From an uncultured Pseudomonadota bacterium (GTDB taxonomy: Bacteria; Pseudomonadota; Alphaproteobacteria; RF32; CAG-239), in contig CACWUA010000001.1 of NCBI GenBank assembly GCA_902763905.1, forward strand, positions 11 to 64,010: 64,000 nucleotides of DNA, given 5' to 3'. Positions 28,334-37,824 of this stretch are shown here, one piece after another. The translations under genes were made by a program, and so were the position numbers. Numbering within the stretch: position 1 is the first letter of the stretch; each line of letters starts with the position of its first letter. The notes beneath the pieces are model-generated. The model ran no database searches, was not told where the DNA came from, and saw nothing but the letters and a program-made list of their open reading frames with translations.

Positions 28334-30547
28334 TTAGGCTTGTGGAGCGTCCATCTCGAAACCTTCGCTGTCATCCTCCTCGGCGTTGTATTCAATACCC
28401 AATTTGGCCAGCATATCGTCATTGATATCTTCACGCTGTGCCACCACCCAATCCGGCACGTTGGCACACGGCGGGAGTTTAGCCAGTTTAGTCATCTTCT
28501 TATCCAAATACCAACGCGGCGAATCGGCAATAATCGGCCGGTCAATATGACTTTGCATCAGTACCACTTGCTTTAACATCGGCAAACTCAAAAGTTGAGT
28601 CGAGCTGATTACCGGAATACCTTGCAGCTGGTAGTTAACGTTTTTCGCCAGCGGGTTAAAGTCTTTACCAAGTGAACCTTCCGTTCGCGAGAACGAAGAA
28701 ATACGAACAGTCTTGTTTCCTATCATCTTAGAGAAACGCTGTGCCGTAACCTCGTTGTTCTGCGAAAGAATAACTTTGCAGGCGGTAGTAGAAATCACCG
28801 TTTCCAAGTCATCTTTTCCGTATTTACCGGAAATTTGCCCCAAGTCTTGTCCGATTAGGAGGTACGACACTTTTTGACCACGACCTACGGCCGGTCCGTC
28901 AATAATGGCCTTCATTTTCGGCATTTGCGGAAACTCGTCGAGCACAAACAGGGCAGGGAACGGTCCCATTTTGCCGTCGGTACGGTTGACGTGATTCGGC
29001 GGATTGGAAATCAGATAAGAGCTCATCAATTCAATAAAGGTCGAACTGATAACGCCCAAAGCGCGCGCATCAACTTGGTTAACCGACAAATACACAGAAA
29101 TAGGCTTCCATTCACCGGTAATCGGGTCTTTCATACCGCGCAAATCCTTAAATTGCAAATCGGAGAAACTGGTACGCGCCTTAACCGCTTGGTTCTTAAA
29201 TACGTTAATACCGGCAAATGCCGTAGAAAGAATGGAACCGCGCTCCTTATCCGGCGTGTTACTCAAAGTACTCAATTCCGTAATACAGCGCTGAGCATAA
29301 CCGTAGTTGCGAGCCTCTTTGATAGCTTCTTCCAACATATCGTGCGTCGGGTCAGCCATTGCCGCCATTTGATCGCCTTCATCCAAACGACGTTGAATTT
29401 CTTGTGCCGCATTAATTTGCGCCTCAGTAATCCATTCCATAATCATGGCAATGCAGGCTTCACGCCCCATCCACCTTGACGGTAGCAGATTCCACGTACC
29501 GATTGGCAGATAGTTTTCCATGGTTAAAGTGCCGTTTTTTAAGTTTTGAATGGCACGCGGAGCTCCCGGATCACGCATATCCTGATAATATCCTTCAAGC
29601 ACTTCTTTGTCTTTTTCATCAAGTTTGCCCTCATAGATGCGACCGATAAAATAGTCGTTGGCGCGGGCGCGATCACACTTTGAAACCACAAATTGAATAA
29701 ATCCGGTTAAGGCTGCACGGCCGGTTTGTGACCAGTGCGGGTCGGCACCGCCTTTCGGATCTTCTACCAAAATATTGCACATGGAATCCACATACATATC
29801 GCGATCCGGCCCTTGTTCCGGAATACAATTCGGCGACAACGGATTCCAGCTTGGATAATAAATACCTTCACTCGGGTTATCTTCCGCACCCCAGTTAATG
29901 ATAAATACCGGCCCCACCTTGGCACGTGCACCGGAAGTTTTGTAACAAAGCTCCGGTTTCGGGTCATTAATCACCAAACTCAAGCCCTCCGAGTGGAAAA
30001 TCGTCGGCATCACCACACCCACGGTTTTACCGGTACCAGGAGGCGCACAGCACAGGGTTGCCAATGTTTCTTTCAAAAGCAAAAACTTGCCGTCAAATTT
30101 TCCCACCACTTGGCAGAAACCGTCAAATCCCAATAATGGCATCTTTTTTATATCGCGCAAATCGGCAATTTTGGCTTGACCTTGATAGTTGACTTGGAAT
30201 TTGTACGGACTGAAAATGGCACTGATGATTATACCGAGTGGAATTGTTATAAAAGGCAGAAGAGGAATCCATAAACTTAAAGAAAATGGTCCGCGGTGAT
30301 TCCATAATTGTTTCCACCATCTTCCATACATTGTAAACAAATGATTAGGATCATGCATAATAATTGTTAAAAACTTCTGTACCACGGTTGTTGACGACTT
30401 AGATAACCCATGACCTACAACATAAGAAAGAGGTAGACTGAAGATAAATAAGATTATGGTGAGACCTATGCAAATAAACAATGTTATCAACATCCATCGA
30501 ACGGCTTTGTCATATTCTTTCCATTCTTCACCACGATCGTTGGCCAT
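28334..30547 (-). CDS. virD4: Type IV secretion coupling protein VirD4/TraG family ATPase
   Basis: Two N-terminal TM helices, a Walker A (CCAPPGTGKTVGVVMPT), the TraG/VirD4 core and an acidic C-terminal tail (EEDDSEGFEMDAPQA). Confidence 0.85.
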   Translation of the reverse strand: MANDRGEEWKEYDKAVRWMLITLFICIGLTIILFIFSLPLSYVVGHGLSKSSTTVVQKFLTIIMHDPNHLFTMYGRWWKQLWNHRGPFSLSLWIPLLPFITIPLGIIISAIFSPYKFQVNYQGQAKIADLRDIKKMPLLGFDGFCQVVGKFDGKFLLLKETLATLCCAPPGTGKTVGVVMPTIFHSEGLSLVINDPKPELCYKTSGARAKVGPVFIINWGAEDNPSEGIYYPSWNPLSPNCIPEQGPDRDMYVDSMCNILVEDPKGGADPHWSQTGRAALTGFIQFVVSKCDRARANDYFIGRIYEGKLDEKDKEVLEGYYQDMRDPGAPRAIQNLKNGTLTMENYLPIGTWNLLPSRWMGREACIAMIMEWITEAQINAAQEIQRRLDEGDQMAAMADPTHDMLEEAIKEARNYGYAQRCITELSTLSNTPDKERGSILSTAFAGINVFKNQAVKARTSFSDLQFKDLRGMKDPITGEWKPISVYLSVNQVDARALGVISSTFIELMSSYLISNPPNHVNRTDGKMGPFPALFVLDEFPQMPKMKAIIDGPAVGRGQKVSYLLIGQDLGQISGKYGKDDLETVISTTACKVILSQNNEVTAQRFSKMIGNKTVRISSFSRTEGSLGKDFNPLAKNVNYQLQGIPVISSTQLLSLPMLKQVVLMQSHIDRPIIADSPRWYLDKKMTKLAKLPPCANVPDWVVAQREDINDDMLAKLGIEYNAEEDDSEGFEMDAPQA

Positions 30548-30563
30548 TTTGCTTTACTCCACT

Positions 30564-32081
30564 TTATTTTATGTTTTTCAAAACGTTGCGTATATTATCC
30601 AGTTGTTTTTTAGTTACTTTTTCATCAGCCTCGCTGAGAATCTTAGAAAACAGCTTAATTTCCTTCGGTGCACCGCGATTTATGCGTGTAACCTCAATTC
30701 CCATTTCGTTCCATATATCAAACATATCATCAGCATTAATAATATTTGCCATTTGAATAATCACACATGAAGTGATTTTTTGCTCAAATTCGTTTTCATC
30801 GAGTGCGGTCTCAATCAGCTTTTTCACATTATTAAGCTTACAAACCGGTGAAACACGATGACTGCTTTCAGAGAACCACAACGGCTCTTCTCCGTTAAAC
30901 ATCTCCTCATCGGCCAACCAATCACCGCTTTCTTTATCGACTAAACATAAGTAGATATCATTTTGTGAAACACCGACAAAGTCAATAAGTGTACCTTTAA
31001 CCGAAATATTGGTAATAACATCATAATTCTTTTGCAACAATGTTTCATAAACCGGACTGCGTGGCGTATCATTTGTTTTGTTATCCGAATTTCTGGAGCG
31101 CCGTTCACTGCTTCTCTCTTCGTCATCGGTATCACGCTGACGTGAACTGCGCCTAGATGTTTCATCAGATTTACGCGAAGATTTGCGCGAAACTTTATCT
31201 CTGTTGTCGCGTCGATTCGCACGCGGTGATTCAAAGTTTTCTTCATCTTCATCATTATCTTCGTCGTCATCATCATCAAAGTCGTATTTCGGCTTGGAGT
31301 GTTTACTCGGCTGGTTGATTTTCTCTTCATTATCATCCGAATGTTTTTGGGATTTTCTCTCGTTTGTCGGTTTTTTCTTTCCTATATCGGCTTTTTCAAA
31401 GGAGTCGATATCCAAATCGAAATCATCATCATCGTCATCGTCAAATTTGAATAATGCGTGGTCAATTGTGGCGGCCACATCAGTCTTTTTCTTAGCCGTA
31501 GCCGGAGCCGGCGACTGAGCTACCATCGGAGCCGCATAAGACGAACCGGCAACTGCTGCCGCCATCGGTGCGGAAGTAGCCGAATTGCCGTAATCGGAAA
31601 TAGGCACTCGCAAAGTATTAATTCCCGTCGGTCGAATCAACTTATATGATTTACGTTTAACCACTCCATAGCGGTTATTGCCTGTAGATACCGACGAAAG
31701 AGGCGACTTGTCGCTATATTTTTTATAGAGTGTATACGGAAGCTTTATTATATTCCATATAACTTCTTCCCAAGCCACCATGCATAGTGTCCACCAACCG
31801 GTAATCAGCATCGGGAAAAATACAATCATTAAAAGAATAAATGCCCACTCTTTAGGCGCGCGCGGAATCCAACCCGCTTTCCATGTTGTAGCGAATTGAT
31901 GCCAATGATCAGGCCAGAAAATATCAAAATGCCAATTACACAGCATAATTACGCGAATACCCTCTGTGAAGACAATCCCCCACAGGCATCCGACAATTAG
32001 AATTCTAAGAAATACCAATATGGATTTCAACTGCGCACTCCGTAAATTTGCCAATACACTCACTATATTAATAGCACTCAA
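30564..32081 (-). CDS. Hypothetical two-TM membrane protein with poly-Asp/Glu and Arg-Ser-rich disordered tracts (DotM-like position and topology)
   Basis: The ORF is 505 aa and its stop lies 16 nt upstream of the virD4 start. It has two N-terminal hydrophobic helices, low-complexity D7/D5EDNDEDEE and SRKSSRKSDETSRRSSRQRD tracts and a ~150-aa C-terminal globular region. Confidence 0.55.
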   Translation of the reverse strand: MSAINIVSVLANLRSAQLKSILVFLRILIVGCLWGIVFTEGIRVIMLCNWHFDIFWPDHWHQFATTWKAGWIPRAPKEWAFILLMIVFFPMLITGWWTLCMVAWEEVIWNIIKLPYTLYKKYSDKSPLSSVSTGNNRYGVVKRKSYKLIRPTGINTLRVPISDYGNSATSAPMAAAVAGSSYAAPMVAQSPAPATAKKKTDVAATIDHALFKFDDDDDDDFDLDIDSFEKADIGKKKPTNERKSQKHSDDNEEKINQPSKHSKPKYDFDDDDDEDNDEDEENFESPRANRRDNRDKVSRKSSRKSDETSRRSSRQRDTDDEERSSERRSRNSDNKTNDTPRSPVYETLLQKNYDVITNISVKGTLIDFVGVSQNDIYLCLVDKESGDWLADEEMFNGEEPLWFSESSHRVSPVCKLNNVKKLIETALDENEFEQKITSCVIIQMANIINADDMFDIWNEMGIEVTRINRGAPKEIKLFSKILSEADEKVTKKQLDNIRNVLKNIK

Positions 32082-32108
32082 ATATTAAAAAAGTGAATAT
32101 ATTTTTCG

Positions 32109-32585
32109 TTAATTGTTCGATTCTTGTATTTTCTCAATAATTTCTTTGCGAAAATCAGTAACATTTTCGGATTTGGTTTTTTTCTTTTCTTGATCAAGCC
32201 TCTCCTTAATGAACTGATCCAACGATTTTTTTTCTTCTATTTTTAAGTTTTTGATATTAACATCGGGAGCCACATAGCCGTCAAACCCGCTGTTAAAGAT
32301 TTTGTTGAGCGGCACCGTCAGTAATTTCATATACTTAAAGTGATATAATTTATACCAACCGTAAAAACAAAGCGGCACCACTGATAAAACCATTGCAATG
32401 ACAATTAAATCCTTGCCCTGCAAGACATTTCCTCTGTTCCAAAAGTTGGACAAACTGCGATAGAACACCGGCGGCGTGGTATGATAAACCAATAGTATAA
32501 TGAGCTGTACCAAGCCGGCCAGAATGGCCATCCACAAAACACAGGCAACTAACACGCAAATAAAATGAAAAAACTTTTTAATCAT
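32109..32585 (-). CDS. Hypothetical small membrane protein (2 TM) with a charged C-terminus
   Basis: The ORF is 158 aa with two hydrophobic helices and sits in the same operon, 27 nt upstream of the next gene. Confidence 0.45.
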   Translation of the reverse strand: MIKKFFHFICVLVACVLWMAILAGLVQLIILLVYHTTPPVFYRSLSNFWNRGNVLQGKDLIVIAMVLSVVPLCFYGWYKLYHFKYMKLLTVPLNKIFNSGFDGYVAPDVNIKNLKIEEKKSLDQFIKERLDQEKKKTKSENVTDFRKEIIEKIQESNN

Positions 32586-32652
32586 CAGCGGCCTTCTCTT
32601 GTACCCTGCGGTCTGATTTGCTGCATCTCATGCTTTTTATTTATGCGGTTTT

Positions 32653-34695
32653 TCATCCTATCGAGATTAATTTTGCGTTTTTTGTTATTCTCTTTGCTTG
32701 CGGCGTTTTGTTCTTTTTTCCTTCAATATCTCTATCCCATTGCTGTTCTTTTTTATGTCCGGAATTTTCCTCTCGTGCCGCTTCATCCGGTCCCATTTTG
32801 GTGGATTTCTTCGGTTTATTGTTACCTTGCACTTGCGCTCGCTCTCCTTCGCTGGGTGTGCGGTAATGATTGTAGAACTTATCAAACTCGACTTCCTGCG
32901 CTTTCATCTGCTGTTCCAGAACTTTTTTCTTGGCCGGATCTTGTTCGGTATGGTATGCACATTGCAAATCTCTCAGAGTCTTACCCTCACAACAGATATC
33001 TGCATAATATCCACCCAATTCTTTTGCCGCCGAATTGGCAATCTTAAGTTTTTCTTTAGGCGGGATTTCGGCATCCGGAGCAAGATGATGCTCAACTCGA
33101 TAATCATTTTCTTTTTGCTTAAATATGACTGAGGTTGTTTCCATCATATCAAACATTTTAATCAATGTTGCTTTCTGAACATAAGCTGCGGCCTCAGCAT
33201 TGCCGTCCAGCTCTTTATCCGGATTTTTTCGAACATATTCATTGGTCGCAAGATGCGCACACAATTTGACCAAATCATTCTTTTTGCCGTCTTTATGGAT
33301 AGGAAAAACAGTTTCCAATTTTTGGGGATCCTTTTCCAATTCTGTAATTTTTTGCATAAAATAACCCTTATCGGAGGCAAAAATCTCATTCATGGTTTCG
33401 GCAAAATTTTGATGTATTTTCGGATCAAATACCACAAACGGCACACCTTTTTGCGGAGCGCCGATAACAGGCTGCCATTTGTCCGGATTTTTGCCGATAT
33501 TGTTTTGAATGCAGCGCAGCATCGGTTGTAATCTTTGCGGATTTTTCATCAAGTCTCCGAATTTATCGACAAAGTCGGCGCGAGTAGCATCAGCCAGTCG
33601 GCTCATTTGCTGCGCAAAAGCGTTAGCTTCCGGCGAAAGCTCAACCGCAGCGGCATTTTGAGGGCTATTACCACTGTTGCCGGCTTTACCAGCAGCTTTG
33701 GCCGCAGCAGAAGTTCTAACCGGAGCTTGTCCTTCTCCGCATAAATAATCCAAACCGGTATCAAGTGTCTTAAATGCTTTTTGCATAACATAGTTAATTA
33801 AACCGAGAAACCAAACGTTATAAAGGTATTGAATTAAATCTTGTTCTTTTACCGGATCAAAATTAAAATCACCTTTTTTACCGCGTTCGGAATCGCGTTT
33901 AGAATCTTCGAGTTGAGCTGTATTTTCCGCTTTTTCATCGTCATTCGGCTTGTTTTCCGGCGGAGTTTCAGCTGAGATATTGAGTTTGTTGCCATCAGCC
34001 GAGAAATTTAATGTATCTGCCTCATTTTCTGGCAATCCTCCCATTCTTATCGGTTCCGATTCGGATTTTTGTTCTTCTGTGCTCTGATTCAATCCTGACT
34101 TTTTTAAGGATTCATTCAGCGCATTTTGCAAAATAAAAGATTTTTTTGCCAAATCCTTATATTTAAGGCTACGTGGTTTGGAGGCATCAACTGCATTAGC
34201 CGCTTTACTTAAAACTTCATCATAATCCAACTTTGCCAATGTTTCGGAAATATCTATCATCACATTGCTGTTTTTATCAAGCAGTTCCAGAGTGTTTTTG
34301 TCTTTAATGCGTTTTTGCTTAAATTCGGCGGCGTACGTATTAAGCGCAACAATTGTCATAATATTTTTGCCGCTTTGCGGATTCTTTTCCGTTAAAAATT
34401 GTACCATTTGCTCGTTGCTTATTTTTCCATCTTCATTAAGCTCTTGCATGGCTTTTAGGGCATTTTTGATACCTGTCAGATTCTGGAATCCGAGTTTTTT
34501 GGTTTCCTCTTTACTCCCGTTCGGAATAGGAGCAGGAAAGATCGCGGCTTTCAGAGCATCGGGCAAATGACCGATACCATATCTAAGCATACCGGCTTTT
34601 ATCAGCTCCATGTCCATATTTACTTCTTTATTCAATTCTGCGCAGAAGAGTTTAAAATCATCAGCTTCATTTGCATTTTTTATATCTTCAGCCAT
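32653..34695 (-). CDS. Hypothetical 680-aa soluble protein, acidic and Lys-rich, no recognised domain
   Basis: Long ORF on the same strand within the virD4 operon. It has no TM segment and no known motifs; codon usage is consistent with its neighbours. Confidence 0.55.
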   Translation of the reverse strand: MAEDIKNANEADDFKLFCAELNKEVNMDMELIKAGMLRYGIGHLPDALKAAIFPAPIPNGSKEETKKLGFQNLTGIKNALKAMQELNEDGKISNEQMVQFLTEKNPQSGKNIMTIVALNTYAAEFKQKRIKDKNTLELLDKNSNVMIDISETLAKLDYDEVLSKAANAVDASKPRSLKYKDLAKKSFILQNALNESLKKSGLNQSTEEQKSESEPIRMGGLPENEADTLNFSADGNKLNISAETPPENKPNDDEKAENTAQLEDSKRDSERGKKGDFNFDPVKEQDLIQYLYNVWFLGLINYVMQKAFKTLDTGLDYLCGEGQAPVRTSAAAKAAGKAGNSGNSPQNAAAVELSPEANAFAQQMSRLADATRADFVDKFGDLMKNPQRLQPMLRCIQNNIGKNPDKWQPVIGAPQKGVPFVVFDPKIHQNFAETMNEIFASDKGYFMQKITELEKDPQKLETVFPIHKDGKKNDLVKLCAHLATNEYVRKNPDKELDGNAEAAAYVQKATLIKMFDMMETTSVIFKQKENDYRVEHHLAPDAEIPPKEKLKIANSAAKELGGYYADICCEGKTLRDLQCAYHTEQDPAKKKVLEQQMKAQEVEFDKFYNHYRTPSEGERAQVQGNNKPKKSTKMGPDEAAREENSGHKKEQQWDRDIEGKKNKTPQAKRITKNAKLISIG

Positions 34696-34775
34696 TAAAG
34701 TATCTCCTTCAAAGCAACTTGATTTTTATTAATTGTATCATAAAAAAATGTTTTTGTCCACAACTATTTCTTTGC

Positions 34776-35738
34776 CTAAACTTTTACTTTTTTCATAAAT
34801 TTACCGATTTCAATATTGACGCGAATGCCATCTTTGGGAGTAACCTTTACCAATCCGAAAAAACGCGGTTTTATTTTGGCAAATTCAATCGGGGCAAAAA
34901 TTGCCGGATTGGTGGTTAGAGCCTTAAATGCGCCGTCAACATCTTTTTGTGCCACACGGAAATAATTGCTGACAAGGCGTTCGGCATCTATCGGAAAATT
35001 TTTTTTCTTTACGGCTTCAACCAAACGTTTTTGACGTTCTTTGCGTTCTAAATATTCTTCATAAAGCATTCGTTTTATGTGTTTTTCCTGATATTTAAGC
35101 AATTTAGCCTGATAAGTCAGTTCACAGCTTTCCATGTCAATCAAGATCTCGACATACGAGATTACGGCTAATTGCAAGTCCTGATCGCGTAAAGTCTCGG
35201 CAAAATTCAAAAATTCTTCATCGGTGGCAGAAACGTTAAATCCACCGACACTGTCCGGATAAATCTCACGCAATACATTCCAGCCGGCAACTAAGTCAGT
35301 CGCCAATAAATGTCCTATACTAGGTTTATAGTTCGGGTACAAAAAATCAATTTCAAACTCCCAGTTTAATGAAGGTATACTCTTGGCCGCACAAATCTTA
35401 TCAATAGAACCGCGATAATTTATATAAGCCTGCGCTAATTCGGATTCTTCACTTCTCAATTCTGGTTTCTTTTCTTCATCTTCAATAACTGTGCGAGCCT
35501 GCTCAAAAGTTTCAGCCAGTTCTTTTTCAAATGCATCTGAAGCGGCATCGTTTTCCGTCTGTCCTTGCTGACTCAAAGCCGGTTCTTCCGGTTTTTCTGC
35601 CGGTGCGGTTACAGCGGTTTCATCATCTTCCTCTAAATCATCAACTTTAGAGTTAATAAAGCTGTTTAAAAGCTTTTCAAAATCATCACCTTGGCTAAAT
35701 TCATTTTCATCACTCATAAAATCAGTACTCCTTTGCAA
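34776..35738 (-). CDS. Hypothetical 320-aa protein with a strongly acidic N-terminal third
   Basis: First gene of the minus-strand operon, divergent from rluD. No recognised domain. Confidence 0.5.
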   Translation of the reverse strand: MQRSTDFMSDENEFSQGDDFEKLLNSFINSKVDDLEEDDETAVTAPAEKPEEPALSQQGQTENDAASDAFEKELAETFEQARTVIEDEEKKPELRSEESELAQAYINYRGSIDKICAAKSIPSLNWEFEIDFLYPNYKPSIGHLLATDLVAGWNVLREIYPDSVGGFNVSATDEEFLNFAETLRDQDLQLAVISYVEILIDMESCELTYQAKLLKYQEKHIKRMLYEEYLERKERQKRLVEAVKKKNFPIDAERLVSNYFRVAQKDVDGAFKALTTNPAIFAPIEFAKIKPRFFGLVKVTPKDGIRVNIEIGKFMKKVKV

Positions 35739-35817
35739 ACTCTTCTTGCATTTAATTATATCAACCCTTATTATAAAATAAAAGTAAAATCATAAAATAA
35801 GATTAAAATAAGGCGAA

Positions 35818-36792
35818 ATGAATACTCAAAATTTAATAATTACCCCAGAAGTAGAAGCAAAATCAGCTAAAATAAGATTGGATAAATATTTGACGCAAAT
35901 TTTGCCGGATATGTCGCGGGCCAGAATCCAAAAACTTATTGCGAGCGGTATGGTAGAGTGTGAAGATGTGATAATTGTCGATAATTCTTTTAAAGTGCGC
36001 ATCGGAGACATTTTTCAGATTACGCTTCCTCCGCCGGAAGAGGCCGCGCCCGTGGCGGAAAATATTGCCTTAGATGTTGTATATGAAGATAATGATTTAA
36101 TTGTGGTGAACAAACCGGCCGGAATGACGGTGCATCCGGCAGCGGGAGCATATAGAGGTACATTAGTTAATGCTCTTTTGTACCATTGTCGCGATAATTT
36201 ATCCGGCATCGGCGGCGTTAAGCGGCCGGGGATAGTACATCGCATCGACAGAGATACCAGCGGTTTGTTGGTTGTAGCTAAAAATGACTTTGCTCATAAT
36301 TTTTTGAGCGAGCAGTTTGCCGAACATTCAATAGAACGAACATATCTTGCGGTTGTATATGGACTGATAAATCCGCCGAGCGGCCGCATCGAAGGCAATA
36401 TAGGACGCAGTAGGTTCGATCGGAAGAAAATGGCAATTGTTGAAAACGGCGGCAAATATGCAGCCACAAATTATAAAACTTTACAAACATATAAAAACGC
36501 AATCTCATTGGTGCAGTGCAATCTTGAAACCGGCCGTACCCATCAAATCAGAGTGCACTTAAGCTCACATGGATACGCGCTTGTCGGCGATAAAGTTTAT
36601 GTAAAAAATAAAAAATCGGAACTTGCTTTATCGGCAGATTTAAAAAATTATGTAAATACGTTTCCGCGTCAGGCTCTTCATGCCAAGAGTTTGGGCTTTA
36701 TTCATCCGCGGAGCAAAAAAATGCTGCAATTTGATTCCGAATTACCTGCAGATATGCAGGAATTAATCGCAAAATTATCAACAGCCATCTAG
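35818..36792 (+). CDS. rluD: 23S rRNA pseudouridine synthase RluD
   Basis: S4 domain plus the RluA-family catalytic motif (HRIDRDTSGLLVVAK). Confidence 0.9.
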   Translation: MNTQNLIITPEVEAKSAKIRLDKYLTQILPDMSRARIQKLIASGMVECEDVIIVDNSFKVRIGDIFQITLPPPEEAAPVAENIALDVVYEDNDLIVVNKPAGMTVHPAAGAYRGTLVNALLYHCRDNLSGIGGVKRPGIVHRIDRDTSGLLVVAKNDFAHNFLSEQFAEHSIERTYLAVVYGLINPPSGRIEGNIGRSRFDRKKMAIVENGGKYAATNYKTLQTYKNAISLVQCNLETGRTHQIRVHLSSHGYALVGDKVYVKNKKSELALSADLKNYVNTFPRQALHAKSLGFIHPRSKKMLQFDSELPADMQELIAKLSTAI

Positions 36793-36892
36793 ATTTTATA
36801 TAAGCGGTTATATATTTTTAAATCTAAAGTTCAGGTTGTGAAACCTTTCGACGATTCTTATCATTTGAACAGTCAACAGAAAGGAGGACAAT

Positions 36893-37765
36893 ATGGAAAC
36901 TGCTCTTACCGGACTGGACTTTTCACCTGATACAAATTTGGGACGTTATTTACAACACATTCGCAAATATCCACTACTCTCGCAAGAAGAAGAATATGAA
37001 CTGGCGGTAAAATATAAACAAACTCAGGATAAAGCGATTGCTTACAAACTTATCACTTCGCACTTACGCTTGGTTATCAAAGTTGTTTCTAAATATAAAG
37101 GATATGGTTTGCCGATTAATGAAATGATATCCGAGGGCAATATAGGTTTATTGTATGCCATAAATAAATTTGAACCGGATAAAGGATTTCGTTTTTCAAC
37201 GTATGCACTTTGGTGGATTAAGGCTGCGGTACAGAAATATATACTTAATTCATGGTCGTTGGTAAAACTTGGCACCACAGCCGCTCAGAAAAAATTATTT
37301 TTTAATCTGCGCAAAATTAAAAACAGTATGAATTTAACCGATGACCGCGAATTATCAAATAAAATTATACAAGATATTGCCGATTCGCTCGACGTCAGCA
37401 CACAGGAAGTAACCGATATGAATACACGGCTTAAAGCTCATGACGGTTCGCTTAATGTATCGGTAGACAGCCAAAACGGCGATGGCGGTACGGAATGGAT
37501 GGATTTTATATATGATACAAAACCCAATCAGGAAGAACAATTCGCATACCGTGAAACCATGAATTATCGCCGCAAACTTTTTCGTCGGGCAATCACGGTA
37601 CTGAATCCGCGTGAAAAGGATATTCTCTATAAACGCCGCATGTGCGAAGATAATATTACGCTGGATGATTTAAGCAAAGTCTACAACATTTCAAAAGAAA
37701 GAGTGCGCCAAATTGAACTTAACTCGATTCGTAAAATAACCAAAGCCATAGAATTAATGCAGTAA
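36893..37765 (+). CDS. rpoH: RNA polymerase sigma-32 factor RpoH
   Basis: Region 2 (ISEGNIGLLYAINKFEPDKGFRFSTYALWWIKAAV), an RpoH-box-like region and region 4 HTH. An AGGAGG RBS lies upstream. Confidence 0.9.
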   Translation: METALTGLDFSPDTNLGRYLQHIRKYPLLSQEEEYELAVKYKQTQDKAIAYKLITSHLRLVIKVVSKYKGYGLPINEMISEGNIGLLYAINKFEPDKGFRFSTYALWWIKAAVQKYILNSWSLVKLGTTAAQKKLFFNLRKIKNSMNLTDDRELSNKIIQDIADSLDVSTQEVTDMNTRLKAHDGSLNVSVDSQNGDGGTEWMDFIYDTKPNQEEQFAYRETMNYRRKLFRRAITVLNPREKDILYKRRMCEDNITLDDLSKVYNISKERVRQIELNSIRKITKAIELMQ

Positions 37766-37824
37766 ACGATATTGAAAAAGACTTGATTGCACATATTTAA
37801 GAAGACATCAATGCGGAGAAAATT

